A DNA stretch of 64,000 nt from Christensenella sp. UBA7571 (GCA_002476605.1 DLLD01000005.1:702-64701), one strand, 5' to 3'. Shown: positions 47,839 to 58,068, numbered from the stretch's first letter. A program made the numbers and translations. Notes: generated by a model from the letters alone, not told the origin.

Positions 47839-48488
47839 AAATTACGCTTGCAACAAAAATCACCATAGCAAGAATATTCTTGATTATTCCAACGGTGATA
47901 ACCTTTATTTTGGCACAAATGCTCGACGCGGGCAGAACGGTGTATATCGCGCTCGTGGTGCTGTCGGCGGTGCTGTTTGCAATATGTTGCGCGACGGACT
48001 TCGTTGACGGACATATCGCGCGCAAGACCAACACGGTGTCTATGCTCGGCAAATTGCTCGACCCGCTTGCGGACAAGGTCGTCATCGTGATTATGCTCTT
48101 CTTGCTCGTCTATTTCAAGGACGGACTCGATAGCGCGTTTGCGTACAACACGCTCGTGATTGCCATTCTTTCGGGAATTATCCTTTCGAGAGAACTTATG
48201 ATAGGCGTGTTCCGCTCCATTGCGGCAAGCAGAGGTCTCGTTCTCGCGGCGGATATATTCGGCAAAATCAAGACCGTGTGCCTCGATATCGGCGTCACGA
48301 TTATGATGCTTGCGGGGCTTCACGTATCGCTTGCGTGGATAGGAACTATCGTGTTCTACGTCGGCGCGATTTTGGCGGTGTACAGCGGTCTGAATTACGT
48401 CGTGAAAAACAAGCACGTTTTGAAGCAAGACGACGAACAATCGGAAGAAAAATCGGAAAACGCGCAAGAAACGCAAAAAGCGGAATAA
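47835..48488 (+). CDS. pgsA: CDP-diacylglycerol--glycerol-3-phosphate 3-phosphatidyltransferase
   Basis: DFVDGHIARK...GKLLDPLADK motif. ATGA overlap with rimO, GGGAGG RBS. Confidence 0.88.
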   Translation: MKITLATKITIARIFLIIPTVITFILAQMLDAGRTVYIALVVLSAVLFAICCATDFVDGHIARKTNTVSMLGKLLDPLADKVVIVIMLFLLVYFKDGLDSAFAYNTLVIAILSGIILSRELMIGVFRSIAASRGLVLAADIFGKIKTVCLDIGVTIMMLAGLHVSLAWIGTIVFYVGAILAVYSGLNYVVKNKHVLKQDDEQSEEKSENAQETQKAE

Positions 48489-48516
48489 ATGCGTTAGAAT
48501 ATCGAAAAATTGCGTT

Positions 48517-49212
48517 ATGATAAAAGAAATCGTTAAAATTTGCGGGCTCGATAAAGACGAGATAGAAGGCAGACTGAAAAAGTTTGACGGTTTCGGCGTT
48601 GAATTTTCCGTTGAGGAAGATTGTCTCGACGCAACGATATCTATGACGAGCACCGCGCCTCGTCAAACCTTTGAAACGGTCAAGAGCAGAGTATACAACG
48701 CCTTTGAAGAGGAAGTGTATTCCGCGGTGGAAGGTTCGCTGGAAGAGATTGCGGCAAGGCTTCTTAAAATGAACGCTCGCACGCTGGCGGTGGGAGAGAG
48801 TTTGACGGGCGGTGAGATATGCTCGCGACTTACGGCAATCCCCGGCATAAGCGCAAACTTTTACGAGGGTATAGTGTGCTACAATCGTATGTCCAAGGCG
48901 GATAGATTGGGCGTGCCCAAATCCGTGCTTGCCGACTACGGCGCGGTGTCGAGAGAGACGGCGTACGCAATGGTCAAAGGGCTTTGCAAACGTCCCGTGG
49001 ATATCGCGCTTGCAACCACCGGTCTCGCAGGTCCGACGGGTGACGAAGGGAAACCCGTGGGTCTCGTGTATATAGGCGTAGGGGGCGGTGATTTTATCAC
49101 CGTGTTCGAGAGAAAGTTCTCGGGTAGCCGCAACGAGATAAGAAGAGCGACGTCAAACGTTGCGCTGTTTTATCTCATAAGATATCTCAAAGGCGATATT
49201 TTGAGATTGTAA
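48517..49212 (+). CDS. CinA-family protein (PncC-like nicotinamide-nucleotide amidohydrolase domain only)
   Basis: ESLTGGE...TTGLAGP...KPVGLVYIG motifs. There is no N-terminal MoCF domain. Confidence 0.75.
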   Translation: MIKEIVKICGLDKDEIEGRLKKFDGFGVEFSVEEDCLDATISMTSTAPRQTFETVKSRVYNAFEEEVYSAVEGSLEEIAARLLKMNARTLAVGESLTGGEICSRLTAIPGISANFYEGIVCYNRMSKADRLGVPKSVLADYGAVSRETAYAMVKGLCKRPVDIALATTGLAGPTGDEGKPVGLVYIGVGGGDFITVFERKFSGSRNEIRRATSNVALFYLIRYLKGDILRL

Positions 49213-49326
49213 CGAGGTTATTTGGGCGCTGTGTACCGATTTTGGTGCATACGTAGCCGTATAATGATATTGAAAAAAGAAAATACTTAAAGCCTTTTGG
49301 GCAATAGGATATAAAGGAGAAAAACA

Positions 49327-50337
49327 ATGGCAGAAAAAATTCAAGACAAATCCAACGACAGAGCGCACAATCTGCAACTTGCTCTTGCCAAGATAGAAAA
49401 GGATTTCGGCAAAGGCGCGGTTATGCGTTTGGGCGAAACCGAAATACCGAAAGTCGAGGCTATCTCGACGGGTTGTCTTACGCTTGACGTCGCTCTCGGC
49501 ATCGGCGGTATTCCCAAGGGAAGAATTATCGAAATATACGGACCCGAATCTTCGGGCAAGACGACCGTTGCGCTTCATTGCGTGGCGGAAGTGCAAAAAA
49601 TCGGCGGAACTGCCGCTTACGTCGACGCAGAACACGCTCTCGATCCCTCTTACGCAAGCAAACTCGGAGTAAACCTCGACGATTTGTACATTTCTCAACC
49701 CGACAGCGGTGAGCAAGCGCTCGAAATCGTGGAAACGCTCGTAAGAAGCGGTGCTATCGATATTATCGTAGTCGACTCCGTCGCGGCACTCACTCCGCAA
49801 GCGGAACTGGACGGCGATATGGGTGACAGTCACGTAGGTATGCAAGCGCGTCTTATGTCGCAAGCACTCCGCAAAATTACCGCGGCAACCTCAAAGAGCA
49901 AATGCACCATCATCTTCATCAACCAATTGAGAGAGAAGATAGGCGTTATGTACGGCAACCCCGAGACGACTACGGGCGGTAAAGCGCTCAAATTCTACGC
50001 TTCCGTGCGTATCGAAGTGCGCAAAGCGGACACCATCAAAGACGGCAGCGACATCATCGGCAACCACGTCAAAGCAAAGGTCGTCAAGAACAAAGTCGCA
50101 CCTCCGTTCAAAGTGGCGGAATTCGACATTATGTACGGCACGGGCATTTCCAATATGGGTTGCGTGCTCGATCTCGCTATCGAAAACGGATTTATCCAAA
50201 AGAGCGGAAGCTGGTTCAGCTACAACGACGAGAAGATCGGTCAAGGCAGAGACAAGGCTATGGAATTCTTGAAAGCGCACCCCGAAGTCTTTGAAGAAGT
50301 CGACGCGAAAATCCGCGAAAAATACGAGATGCAATAA
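49327..50337 (+). CDS. recA: recombinase RecA
   Basis: GPESSGKTT, full RecA core. Confidence 0.97.
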   Translation: MAEKIQDKSNDRAHNLQLALAKIEKDFGKGAVMRLGETEIPKVEAISTGCLTLDVALGIGGIPKGRIIEIYGPESSGKTTVALHCVAEVQKIGGTAAYVDAEHALDPSYASKLGVNLDDLYISQPDSGEQALEIVETLVRSGAIDIIVVDSVAALTPQAELDGDMGDSHVGMQARLMSQALRKITAATSKSKCTIIFINQLREKIGVMYGNPETTTGGKALKFYASVRIEVRKADTIKDGSDIIGNHVKAKVVKNKVAPPFKVAEFDIMYGTGISNMGCVLDLAIENGFIQKSGSWFSYNDEKIGQGRDKAMEFLKAHPEVFEEVDAKIREKYEMQ

Positions 50338-50370
50338 GCCGTTTTGTCGCAACGCGTAACAATAACGACA

Positions 50371-50407
50371 AAAATCGTTTTTCGAGTCCCGAAAAACGAT
50401 TTTTTTT
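50371..50407 (+). terminator. recA terminator
   Basis: 11-bp stem ATCGTTTTTCG/CGAAAAACGAT followed by T7. Confidence 0.85.
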
Positions 50408-50419
50408 GTGCCGTCGGCA

Positions 50420-50448
50420 TTGACTAAACGCTATAAATAGTATATACT
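50420..50448 (+). promoter_or_regulatory. sigmaA promoter for rny
   Basis: TTGACT, 17 nt spacer, TATACT. Confidence 0.6.
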
Positions 50449-50611
50449 AATTAAGACAAAACTATATATTGGAAACAATTGTCGATATAGATATAATATA
50501 GATTGAATTTGAATATGGCATTTTCGTGCGTATTTGGCTCGTTAAATCTTTTTGATATAACTATATTTTTGGTTTTCAATCGGTTTTGATTATATATACG
50601 GAGGTCACCAA

Positions 50612-52228
50612 ATGACCAGCAATTTTATTAATTTGCTTGCGCTCACGCCGGGGGCTGCCGCAGGTATCGCTGCTGCAATCGCTATCGTGGTGGGCGGTGT
50701 ACTCGGTTGGGTTATTTACAGAGTCTACTCTCAAAACAAAATCGGCAACGCCAAACGTGAGGCCGCAAGAATTATCGAAGAAGCAAATCTCGAAGCAAAA
50801 ACCATTCGCAAAGACGGTATGCTCGAGGCAAAAGAACAAATGAACAAAATGCGCGTTGATTTCGAGAACGAAACCAAAGAGCGCAAGCAAGACTGGCAAC
50901 GCACCGAGAATCGCCTTGCTCAAAAAGAAGCGGCTCTCGACAAGAAAGAGGACACGCTCGATAAAAAGGACGCTGCTCTCGACAAGAAACTCGACGACGT
51001 TGAGAAATCTCAAAAGCAAATCGAGGAAACCAAAGAACGCCTCAAAGGCATCGAAGCAGAACTTGGCAACGCCCAAGAAAAGATGCAAAAGGAACTTGAA
51101 AGAGTTGCCGGTATGACCAAAGAAGAGGCGTGCCAAGAACTCAAAGACGCATTGCTTGACGGCGTCAAGAAGAGTGCGGCAAACGACGCAAAGAACCTCA
51201 TCGCAGAGGCAAAAGACAACGCGGTGAAGGAAGCGCAAAACATCATCTCGCAAGCAATACAACGTTGCGCGGCGGACCACGCCACCGAGAACACGGTATC
51301 CGTAGTCGCGCTCCCCAACGACGAGATGAAGGGAAGAATTATCGGTCGTATGGGCAGAAACATTCGCGCACTCGAAAGTGCGACGGGCGTGGACCTCATC
51401 ATCGACGACACTCCCGACGTTATCACACTTTCAAGCTTCGACCCCGTAAGAAGGGAAGTTGCAAGATTGACGCTCGAAAAACTTATCACCGACGGACGTA
51501 TTCACCCCGCACGCATTGAAGAAATGGTGGACAAGGTGAGAAAGGAAGTCGAGGCGGGCATCAAGGAAGCGGGTGAAGAGGCAGCCTTTGAAGTGGGCGT
51601 GCACGGCTTGCATCCTGAGATTATCAAAATTCTCGGCAGACTTAAATATCGTACAAGTTACGGCCAAAACGTACTCAAGCACTCCATCGAAGTTGCGTCC
51701 TTGGCGTCCGTTATGGCAGCGGAACTCGGCGTAGATCCTCGTATCGCACGCAGAGCTGGCTTGCTCCACGACATAGGCAAAGCCGTCGATCACGAACTCG
51801 AAGGCACGCACATTCAACTGGGCGTAGACATCGCAAAGAAGTATCGCGAAAGCAACGAAGTTATCCACGCAATCGCGGCACACCACAACGATATCGAGCC
51901 TCAAACCATCGACGCGGTGCTCGTTCAAGCGGCTGACGCAATTTCCAGTGCAAGACCGGGCGCAAGACGTGAATCCGTCGAAACTTACGTCAAACGTATC
52001 GAGAAACTCGAAGAAATCGCAAAATCTTTCGACGGCGTCGACCAAACGTTCGCGGTTCAAGCGGGTAGAGAAATCCGCGTTATGGTCAAACCCGAGCAAG
52101 TCAACGACGCAAATACGGTGTTCCTCGCAAGAGAGATTGCCGAGAAACTCGAAAACGAACTCGAATATCCGGGACAAATCAAAGTCAACGTTATCCGTGA
52201 AGTTCGCAGCGTAGATTACGCAAAATAA
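50612..52228 (+). CDS. rny: ribonuclease Y
   Basis: N-terminal TM segment, coiled coil, KH domain, HD domain (LLHDIGK). Confidence 0.93.
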   Translation: MTSNFINLLALTPGAAAGIAAAIAIVVGGVLGWVIYRVYSQNKIGNAKREAARIIEEANLEAKTIRKDGMLEAKEQMNKMRVDFENETKERKQDWQRTENRLAQKEAALDKKEDTLDKKDAALDKKLDDVEKSQKQIEETKERLKGIEAELGNAQEKMQKELERVAGMTKEEACQELKDALLDGVKKSAANDAKNLIAEAKDNAVKEAQNIISQAIQRCAADHATENTVSVVALPNDEMKGRIIGRMGRNIRALESATGVDLIIDDTPDVITLSSFDPVRREVARLTLEKLITDGRIHPARIEEMVDKVRKEVEAGIKEAGEEAAFEVGVHGLHPEIIKILGRLKYRTSYGQNVLKHSIEVASLASVMAAELGVDPRIARRAGLLHDIGKAVDHELEGTHIQLGVDIAKKYRESNEVIHAIAAHHNDIEPQTIDAVLVQAADAISSARPGARRESVETYVKRIEKLEEIAKSFDGVDQTFAVQAGREIRVMVKPEQVNDANTVFLAREIAEKLENELEYPGQIKVNVIREVRSVDYAK

Positions 52229-52330
52229 AAACGACAGCTTTGACCTTTGCGTAGAGTGGAGGTCAAAGCAAGTTTACCAGACGATAAACGAGCGCAATTG
52301 CACTCTTGTGCGAGAAATTTTGCATAAAAC

Positions 52331-52359
52331 TTGCAATATGCGATATAAGATGTTAAAAT
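52331..52359 (+). promoter_or_regulatory. sigmaA promoter for efp
   Basis: TTGCAA, 17 nt spacer, TAAAAT. Confidence 0.5.
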
Positions 52360-52417
52360 GTGTCTATATAGGCATTATTGCATCACCAATCAAAACACAA
52401 TTTAGGAGAATATCATT

Positions 52418-52981
52418 ATGGCACAAATTATGGCAGGCGATTTGAGAAAGGGCGTTACCTTCCTTTACGACAACAAGATTATGACGGTCGTTGATTTCTT
52501 GCACGTCAAACCGGGCAAAGGCGCGGCTTTCGTCCGTATGAAAATGAAAAACGTCGTCACGGGCGCGGTTTTGGAACAAACCTTCAACCCCACCGAAAAG
52601 TTTGAACTTGCTCACATCGAGACCAAGACTATGGAATATCTTTACAACGACGGTGAGTTCTACTACTTTATGGACGCCGAGACGTACGAGCAAATTCCGC
52701 TCAACAAGAGCCAAGTCGAAGACGCTCTCAACTTCGTCAAAGAGAATATGAACGTCACGATGAAATTCTTCCAAGGCGCACCGTTCTCCGTTGAACCGCC
52801 AAACTTCGTCGAACTCCTCATCACGGTATGCGAACCCGCAGTTGCCGGCAACACCGCCACCAACGCAACCAAGCCCGCAACCGTCGAGACCGGTTACGAA
52901 CTTCAAGTTCCTATGTTCGTCAACGAGGGCGATACTATACGTATTGATACTCGTACCGGCGAATATATGTCCCGTGTATAA
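52418..52981 (+). CDS. efp: elongation factor P
   Basis: Typical 187-aa EF-P ([11 protein letters not shown]). Confidence 0.96.
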   Translation: MAQIMAGDLRKGVTFLYDNKIMTVVDFLHVKPGKGAAFVRMKMKNVVTGAVLEQTFNPTEKFELAHIETKTMEYLYNDGEFYYFMDAETYEQIPLNKSQVEDALNFVKENMNVTMKFFQGAPFSVEPPNFVELLITVCEPAVAGNTATNATKPATVETGYELQVPMFVNEGDTIRIDTRTGEYMSRV

Positions 52982-52983
52982 CA

Positions 52984-53097
52984 CTCTCAAATAGCGAATA
53001 ACTTTGTTAGCACCCATCCGCTACAAAATCACGTACGCTCGTGTACGTTGGGTTTTGTATCGGGTGGGTGCTTTCGCGTTCTTCATCTATTTGAGAG
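52984..53097 (+). repeat. H-family long hairpin, copy 3 (2 nt after efp stop)
   Basis: CTCTCAAATAG/CTATTTGAGAG and AGCACCCATCCG/CGGGTGGGTGCT stems (one G-U), apical ACGTAC-GCTCGT-GTACGT, and the conserved internal loop. Confidence 0.85.
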
Positions 53098-53141
53098 CGT
53101 TATATTTTTTAAGCGCATCAAACAGCGATATACTGTGTCAA

Positions 53142-53485
53142 GCGTACTTATTAACGGAATGTGCTTATTTGTAGCGTGGAGGCGCAAGGCGCCGACCGTA
53201 TCGAGCGCCAAGCTTGACGGACAGTACAAGCGACTGCGCCGTGTTGTTGCGTAGCTGGCGCACAAAGCGCAGTGGCATAATGAGGGAATTGTCCCTATCT
53301 ATGCGCGTGCCGAGTGTGTCCCCCCCCGCGGAGCAGTTCCGTGGGGTCCCTCAAGCAGAGCGCAGAGGGGGAACGGAATAGGGGAAACACCGTGAGGAAG
53401 GGGGAAAGTTGCATTTTATAGTTGGCGGGAGAATTGCCAGCGTGTCCGGAAAGAGGGAGTTATTGTATTAGGGGGAGTTACGACG
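53142..53485 (+). repeat. R1 interspersed element, copy 2
   Basis: Collinear with copy 1, differing by about a dozen substitutions/indels by eye. The 3' end (GTTATTGTATTAGGGGGAGTTACGACG) matches copy 3 instead. Confidence 0.9.
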
Positions 53486-53488
53486 AAA

Positions 53489-53517
53489 ACATATTTGTTC
53501 TGTTGTTTATACTTATT
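53489..53517 (+). promoter_or_regulatory. weak candidate sigmaE-type promoter for spoIIIA operon
   Basis: ACATATT, 13 nt spacer, ATACTTAT; a partial match to the remembered sigmaE consensus (kmATATT / CATACAnT). Confidence 0.25.
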
Positions 53518-53606
53518 GTAGATTTGAATTGTTGATAAAATTTTTCTTTTTTTGTCTTATTTTGCGCTCGCGCAATTTGTGCGAGGTGTTGCTCATATAG
53601 TTTTCT

Positions 53607-54455
53607 ATGCTCATAGATTTGGTGGGGGCGGATATTGCAAGCATCGTCGGGGACGAAAAAGATATCGCAGAGATTAGAATGCGTGTGTTTCGGCCTTTGG
53701 TGGTTTGCCGTATCGACGGAACGAGGCAGGTTGCAAGGCATTTCGGTTTGCCGTACGTAGTGGGCGAAAACGATATACAGAGAGTTCTGTCAAACGCAAC
53801 CAATATGTCGTTATACAGCGCGTCCGACGAGATCAAGAGGGGTTATATTCCTTGCGGACGGTATCGCATAGGCGTCGGGGGAGAAGGCGTTTTTGACGAC
53901 GAAAAATTCGTTGCGGTGAAAAACATATCTTATCTCGTTATCCGTGTCCCTCACCAAATCAAGGGCGTTGCCGACAAAATAGGGGAAGACGTGTTCGTGG
54001 GCGGTGGCGTGCGTTCTACGCTGGTCATATCGCCCACGGGAGCGGGCAAAACGACGCTTTTGAGAGAGATGGCAAGGATAGCGTCAGAGGACTTCAACGT
54101 CGTTGTAATCGACGAGCGGTACGAACTATGCTCTTGCTCGCACGGTGCGCCCGCGCTCGATATCGGAGACGCGGAAGTGCTCTCGGGCGTGCCCAAAAGC
54201 ATTGCGTATCAAAACTGCGTGCGGGCTATGAACCCCGATATAATCGTCACGGACGAGTTGTTCGGAAAGAGTGACGTGGACGCAATTTGCGACGTTATAC
54301 GGAGCGGTGTAAAGGCGTTTGCTTCCGTACACGGAAGTAGCGTTGAGGCAGTGCGTAACAACGTTATATACGAGCCTCTTTTCAACGCTTTCGAGCTTGT
54401 CGTGGTGCTGGGCAAATCACCGATAGGGGCAATAGTGCAAAAGGTGACGTTATGA
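53607..54455 (+). CDS. spoIIIAA: stage III sporulation protein AA (ATPase)
   Basis: Walker A SPTGAGKTTLLRE; first gene of the eight-gene spoIIIA order. Confidence 0.85.
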   Translation: MLIDLVGADIASIVGDEKDIAEIRMRVFRPLVVCRIDGTRQVARHFGLPYVVGENDIQRVLSNATNMSLYSASDEIKRGYIPCGRYRIGVGGEGVFDDEKFVAVKNISYLVIRVPHQIKGVADKIGEDVFVGGGVRSTLVISPTGAGKTTLLREMARIASEDFNVVVIDERYELCSCSHGAPALDIGDAEVLSGVPKSIAYQNCVRAMNPDIIVTDELFGKSDVDAICDVIRSGVKAFASVHGSSVEAVRNNVIYEPLFNAFELVVVLGKSPIGAIVQKVTL

Positions 54456-54949
54456 GCGGGGATATCGCAAGACTTATAGCGGGCGGACTGTTGGCACTTA
54501 TATGTTGTTATATAGGTTTGCTTATAAAGCGCAGATACTGTGCAAGAGTGAAGTTTTTCAAGTCCGCAACCGATTTTTGCCGTATGCTTCAAGACGAGTT
54601 GTCTATGCGAAAAACGCCTATGCCCGAGATATGCACCAAGTTTTTGGACGGAAGAAAAGGGCAGTTCGAGGACTTTTTGTCCGAGTGGCGCGATAAGGAA
54701 AAAACGCAAGAGGGCGTTGACAAGGATAAGTGCCGATTGCTCAAAAACGACGAGATAAAGGACTTGAATACCTTTCTTTGCAATCTTGGCAAAACCGACC
54801 TTAAAGACCAACTCTCGCACGTGGCGCATTATGAAAAGTGCTTTGAAAAAAAGGCGAGCGAGTGCGAAGAACAAAACAAAAAAACGGGCTCGATGTACTT
54901 CAAACTGTGTGTGCTATTTGGGCTCGCCGTCATACTGATTTTGGCGTGA
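54452..54949 (+). CDS. spoIIIAB: stage III sporulation protein AB
   Basis: Size, N-terminal TM segment and position; ATGA overlap with AA. Confidence 0.75.
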   Translation: MSGDIARLIAGGLLALICCYIGLLIKRRYCARVKFFKSATDFCRMLQDELSMRKTPMPEICTKFLDGRKGQFEDFLSEWRDKEKTQEGVDKDKCRLLKNDEIKDLNTFLCNLGKTDLKDQLSHVAHYEKCFEKKASECEEQNKKTGSMYFKLCVLFGLAVILILA

Positions 54950-54956
54950 GGTGCGT

Positions 54957-55154
54957 ATGGATACTAATATAATCTTGAAAATCGCAGGCGTGGGACTGCT
55001 TACGGCAATCGTGTGCGTGATACTCAAAAAGAGCGACCGAGACGAGATTGCCACCTTTGCAACGCTTGCGGGACTTATCATCGTGGCGGTGCTCGTTATC
55101 GATATGTTGGGCGGGCTTTTTGATACGCTCAAATCGCTACTGTCACTTTATTAG
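54957..55154 (+). CDS. spoIIIAC: stage III sporulation protein AC
   Basis: 65 aa, two TM segments, NIILKIAGVGLL; GAGGTG RBS before ATG 54957. Confidence 0.8.
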   Translation: MDTNIILKIAGVGLLTAIVCVILKKSDRDEIATFATLAGLIIVAVLVIDMLGGLFDTLKSLLSLY

Positions 55155-55296
55155 CGCAAAACGACGATATAAAGTGCTCGTTGTGTGAATTTAGCGTAAA
55201 TTTTGAGAAAAAGATATGCGCTTGTAATTAGTAGTAAATTGCAAATAATATGCGCCCAAAGCAGTGCGCGCGTGGTTGAAAAACGGATAAATCGTT

Positions 55297-55686
55297 ATGA
55301 TATTCAAACTTATCGGAATTGCAATAATCGGGGTGATAACGGTGACTTTGCTTAAAACCGCAAAGCCCGAATTTGCCGTATTCGCGACTATTGCAACGGG
55401 TATCGTGATGGTAATCACTATGCTATCCGCGCTTCGCGACGTGGTGCTTGCATTTGACGATATCGTGGAAAAGAGCGGTATTGACGATAGGGTGTTTTCT
55501 GCCGTTTTGAAGATAATCGGCATCGGATATCTTACGGAATATTCCTCGTCGGTGGCAACGGACGCGGGGTGTGCCTCCATTGCTCAAAAGTTGCAATTCG
55601 GCGGAAAAATCGTGATTTTTCTTATGAGTATATCCATCGTATCGACGCTCGTCGATCTCGTGTCCACGCTCGTTTCGGCAATATGA
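55297..55686 (+). CDS. spoIIIAD: stage III sporulation protein AD
   Basis: 129 aa, four TM segments, KIIGIGYLTEY. Confidence 0.85.
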   Translation: MIFKLIGIAIIGVITVTLLKTAKPEFAVFATIATGIVMVITMLSALRDVVLAFDDIVEKSGIDDRVFSAVLKIIGIGYLTEYSSSVATDAGCASIAQKLQFGGKIVIFLMSISIVSTLVDLVSTLVSAI

Positions 55687-56891
55687 AAAAAGCGGTTTTT
55701 GCAATAGTTTCGATATGCGTTTTGACGTGCTTCGTTATCCTTTTTAGTGCGGACGGAGTTTGTCTTGCATCGGACGAAAAAAAGTCCGACGAGCAAATAA
55801 AAAGCGAACTTCAAGACGCGTACGACAAAGCAGTGGACAACCTCGATTTGAGCGGATTGCAAGAGTATCTCGATTCGCTTTCGCAAGAGGGGCGCGACGC
55901 TATATCTGTATCCGACGTTCGCTCGGCTCTCAAAGCGTTGGCAAGAGGGGAGAGCGAGCAATTTTTCGACGTGTTTTTCAACCTCTTGGCAAAGTCGGCG
56001 GGGAGGTATTTTCTCAGCTTTATCCCCGGTTTTATAACCATCGTTATTATATGTCTATTAAAGACTATGCTTTGCGGGCTTACGGGGGACTTTCTCAATA
56101 CCTCAACTACGGAAGTGGTGAACGTGGTGTGTTACTGCGCGACGGTCATAGTGCTTATGAGCGGTGTGGTGACGGTTGTCGAGACGGTGACCAAAACTAT
56201 CGGGGCGTTGGTTACTCTGTCTAACGTGCTTTTCCCCGTATTGTTGACGCTTCTTTCCGCGCTCGGCGGCAATGCAAGCGTTGCGGGATATTCACCTCTT
56301 ATGGCGGTGCTTTGCGGATTTATTATGAAAATCGTGACGGCGGTGATACTGCCCGCGTTTATTGCGTGTATAGTTTTCAGTATCGTAGGCAACGTGTCCA
56401 AGACCGTCAAAATAGACAAACTCGCAAAACTCATAAAGTCGGCTTCGAGTTGGCTTATAGGTATATGTTTCGGACTGTTTGCAACATTCCTCACTATGCA
56501 AGGCATATCGGGCGGTGTGGTGGACAAATTCGGCTTCAACATCGCAAAATTTGCCGTGTCGAGTTACGTCCCGATACTCGGCGGATATCTCTCGGACGGC
56601 TTCGACCTTATGACGGCGTCTCTCGTTTTGGTCAAAAACGCGGTGGGGTATACGGGTGCGGTGCTACTTTGCGCGACGGTGGCTTTTCCGCTTGTCAAAG
56701 TGGTAGTGTTTTCGTTGACCACGCGCCTTGCAAGCGCAATTGCAGAGCCTATCGGAGACCAAAGAGTGTCGACTTTGCTCGGTGACGTTGCAAAAAATCT
56801 GAATTTGCTAATAACGGCACTTGCGGGCGTGGCGTTCTTGTTCTTCTTACTGCTTATGCTTTTGGTGTCGTCTTGCAATATGGGGTTGTGA
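55683..56891 (+). CDS. spoIIIAE: stage III sporulation protein AE
   Basis: Start at MKKAVFAIVS (signal peptide), ATGA overlap with AD, polytopic membrane protein. Confidence 0.85.
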   Translation: MKKAVFAIVSICVLTCFVILFSADGVCLASDEKKSDEQIKSELQDAYDKAVDNLDLSGLQEYLDSLSQEGRDAISVSDVRSALKALARGESEQFFDVFFNLLAKSAGRYFLSFIPGFITIVIICLLKTMLCGLTGDFLNTSTTEVVNVVCYCATVIVLMSGVVTVVETVTKTIGALVTLSNVLFPVLLTLLSALGGNASVAGYSPLMAVLCGFIMKIVTAVILPAFIACIVFSIVGNVSKTVKIDKLAKLIKSASSWLIGICFGLFATFLTMQGISGGVVDKFGFNIAKFAVSSYVPILGGYLSDGFDLMTASLVLVKNAVGYTGAVLLCATVAFPLVKVVVFSLTTRLASAIAEPIGDQRVSTLLGDVAKNLNLLITALAGVAFLFFLLLMLLVSSCNMGL

Positions 56892-56892
56892 T

Positions 56893-57330
56893 ATGGGTGC
56901 GTGGATACTTTCGATTGCGGGGGTGATATGCCTCGGAATATTGCTTGAAATCGTACTGCCCGAAGGCAAGACGGCAAAGTACGTCAAGGGCGCGTTTTCT
57001 TTGCTGGTGGTGATTGCGATAGTCGCGCCTCTTCCGAAACTTATAAAAAGCGATTTTGACCTAAACGTCGACGCGGATATTCCGTCTTGGTCGCAAAGCG
57101 ACGATTATACGACGGCGTATTATTCCGCGTTTGAAGACAAGGTGCAAAACGCGCTTTTGCAAGAGGGGTGCGAAAGCAAAGTGAAAATCAACGTTTCCAG
57201 CGGTGTGATCGTGAGGGTGGAAGTGACTGTGTACGATATGATACTGGACGGCAAAGATATCGTGAGCATAACGTCTAAAACGCTTGGAATATCCGAAGAC
57301 AAAGTGAGGGTGTTATACGAGTTGTTTTGA
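56893..57330 (+). CDS. spoIIIAF: stage III sporulation protein AF
   Basis: Start at MGAWILSIAGV; two TM segments plus a soluble domain; called mainly from position. Confidence 0.7.
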   Translation: MGAWILSIAGVICLGILLEIVLPEGKTAKYVKGAFSLLVVIAIVAPLPKLIKSDFDLNVDADIPSWSQSDDYTTAYYSAFEDKVQNALLQEGCESKVKINVSSGVIVRVEVTVYDMILDGKDIVSITSKTLGISEDKVRVLYELF

Positions 57331-57416
57331 AATGCTTTGGGTAAACTGTGAAAAAATGTGTGTTTTTTACGCAAAAAAGCGTGATTTTTTGATGTTTTTT
57401 GTGTCAAAAAAAAAGG

Positions 57417-57489
57417 TCGCGCGCGCGTGCGCGCGTGCGCCCACTCGTACAAATAAAAAACGCGCCCAAACGCGCGCACGCGCGCGCGA
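57417..57489. repeat. perfect 20-bp inverted repeat of alternating C/G-rich sequence with 33-nt loop
   Basis: TCGCGCGCGCGTGCGCGCGT (57417-57436) pairs with ACGCGCGCACGCGCGCGCGA (57470-57489). Confidence 0.95.
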
Positions 57490-57623
57490 AATCGAAAAGA
57501 AAATCCGAATATTTAGTGATTTTACGAGTGGGTGCAACGACTGATTTTGAGAGGTTTTGTCGAATAGAAAAATTTTAGAATATTTGCAAATCCGTATAAA
57601 TATATTTTGGTATCGAGGGCGGA

Positions 57624-58046
57624 ATGGAAGTAGAGGATAGAAGAAGCGACGGTATATTGCACAAGGTGAAGCAAAGTGCGGTGGTGCAAAAGCTAAAAGG
57701 TATCAAAAATATACGAATTATTGCAGTCGTATTCATAATTGCAATCGCACTTATCATATACTCTACCGTAGCAACCTCGACGAAGAAAAATGCGGGGACG
57801 CAAACGAGCGTTTCGCAGTCTCTTGAAAACGACGAGGAAGCAAGGTTGTCCGCGATACTTTCAAATCTCGAAGGGGCGGGGAACGTACGAACGATGATAA
57901 CCGAGTCGGACGGAGAAATTACGGGCGTGCTCGTCGTTGCCGACGGCGCGAAAAATCCGATGACGAGACTGAAACTCACGCAAGCGTGCGCAAGTGCACT
58001 CGGGATAAGCGAGGATATAGTGTGCGTGCTTTGCAAACAAAATTAG
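57624..58046 (+). CDS. spoIIIAG: stage III sporulation protein AG
   Basis: One TM segment plus LEGAGNVRTMIT...GVLVVADGAKNP. Confidence 0.78.
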   Translation: MEVEDRRSDGILHKVKQSAVVQKLKGIKNIRIIAVVFIIAIALIIYSTVATSTKKNAGTQTSVSQSLENDEEARLSAILSNLEGAGNVRTMITESDGEITGVLVVADGAKNPMTRLKLTQACASALGISEDIVCVLCKQN

Positions 58047-58068
58047 CGAACCTATGTAGGAGGAATAT

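Noticed and set aside
49213-49326. LexA (Cheo) boxes upstream of recA, dinB and ruvAB.
   Set aside because: I found no GAAC-N4-GTTC-type dyad in 49213-49326, 10893-10935 or the ruv spacers. SOS control may use a different motif or a distal site, and nothing in the sequence can be supported.
55155-55296. 142-nt gap between spoIIIAC and spoIIIAD as a possible extra small gene or RNA.
   Set aside because: No ORF with an RBS, no repeat module and no convincing hairpin were seen. I could not support anything beyond an unusually long spacer.
57332-57544. 70-aa ORF rich in Arg/Ala/Lys between spoIIIAF and spoIIIAG.
   Set aside because: Its composition is dictated by the (CG)n inverted repeat and poly-A runs. 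A mirror ORF exists on the other strand, and there is no RBS.
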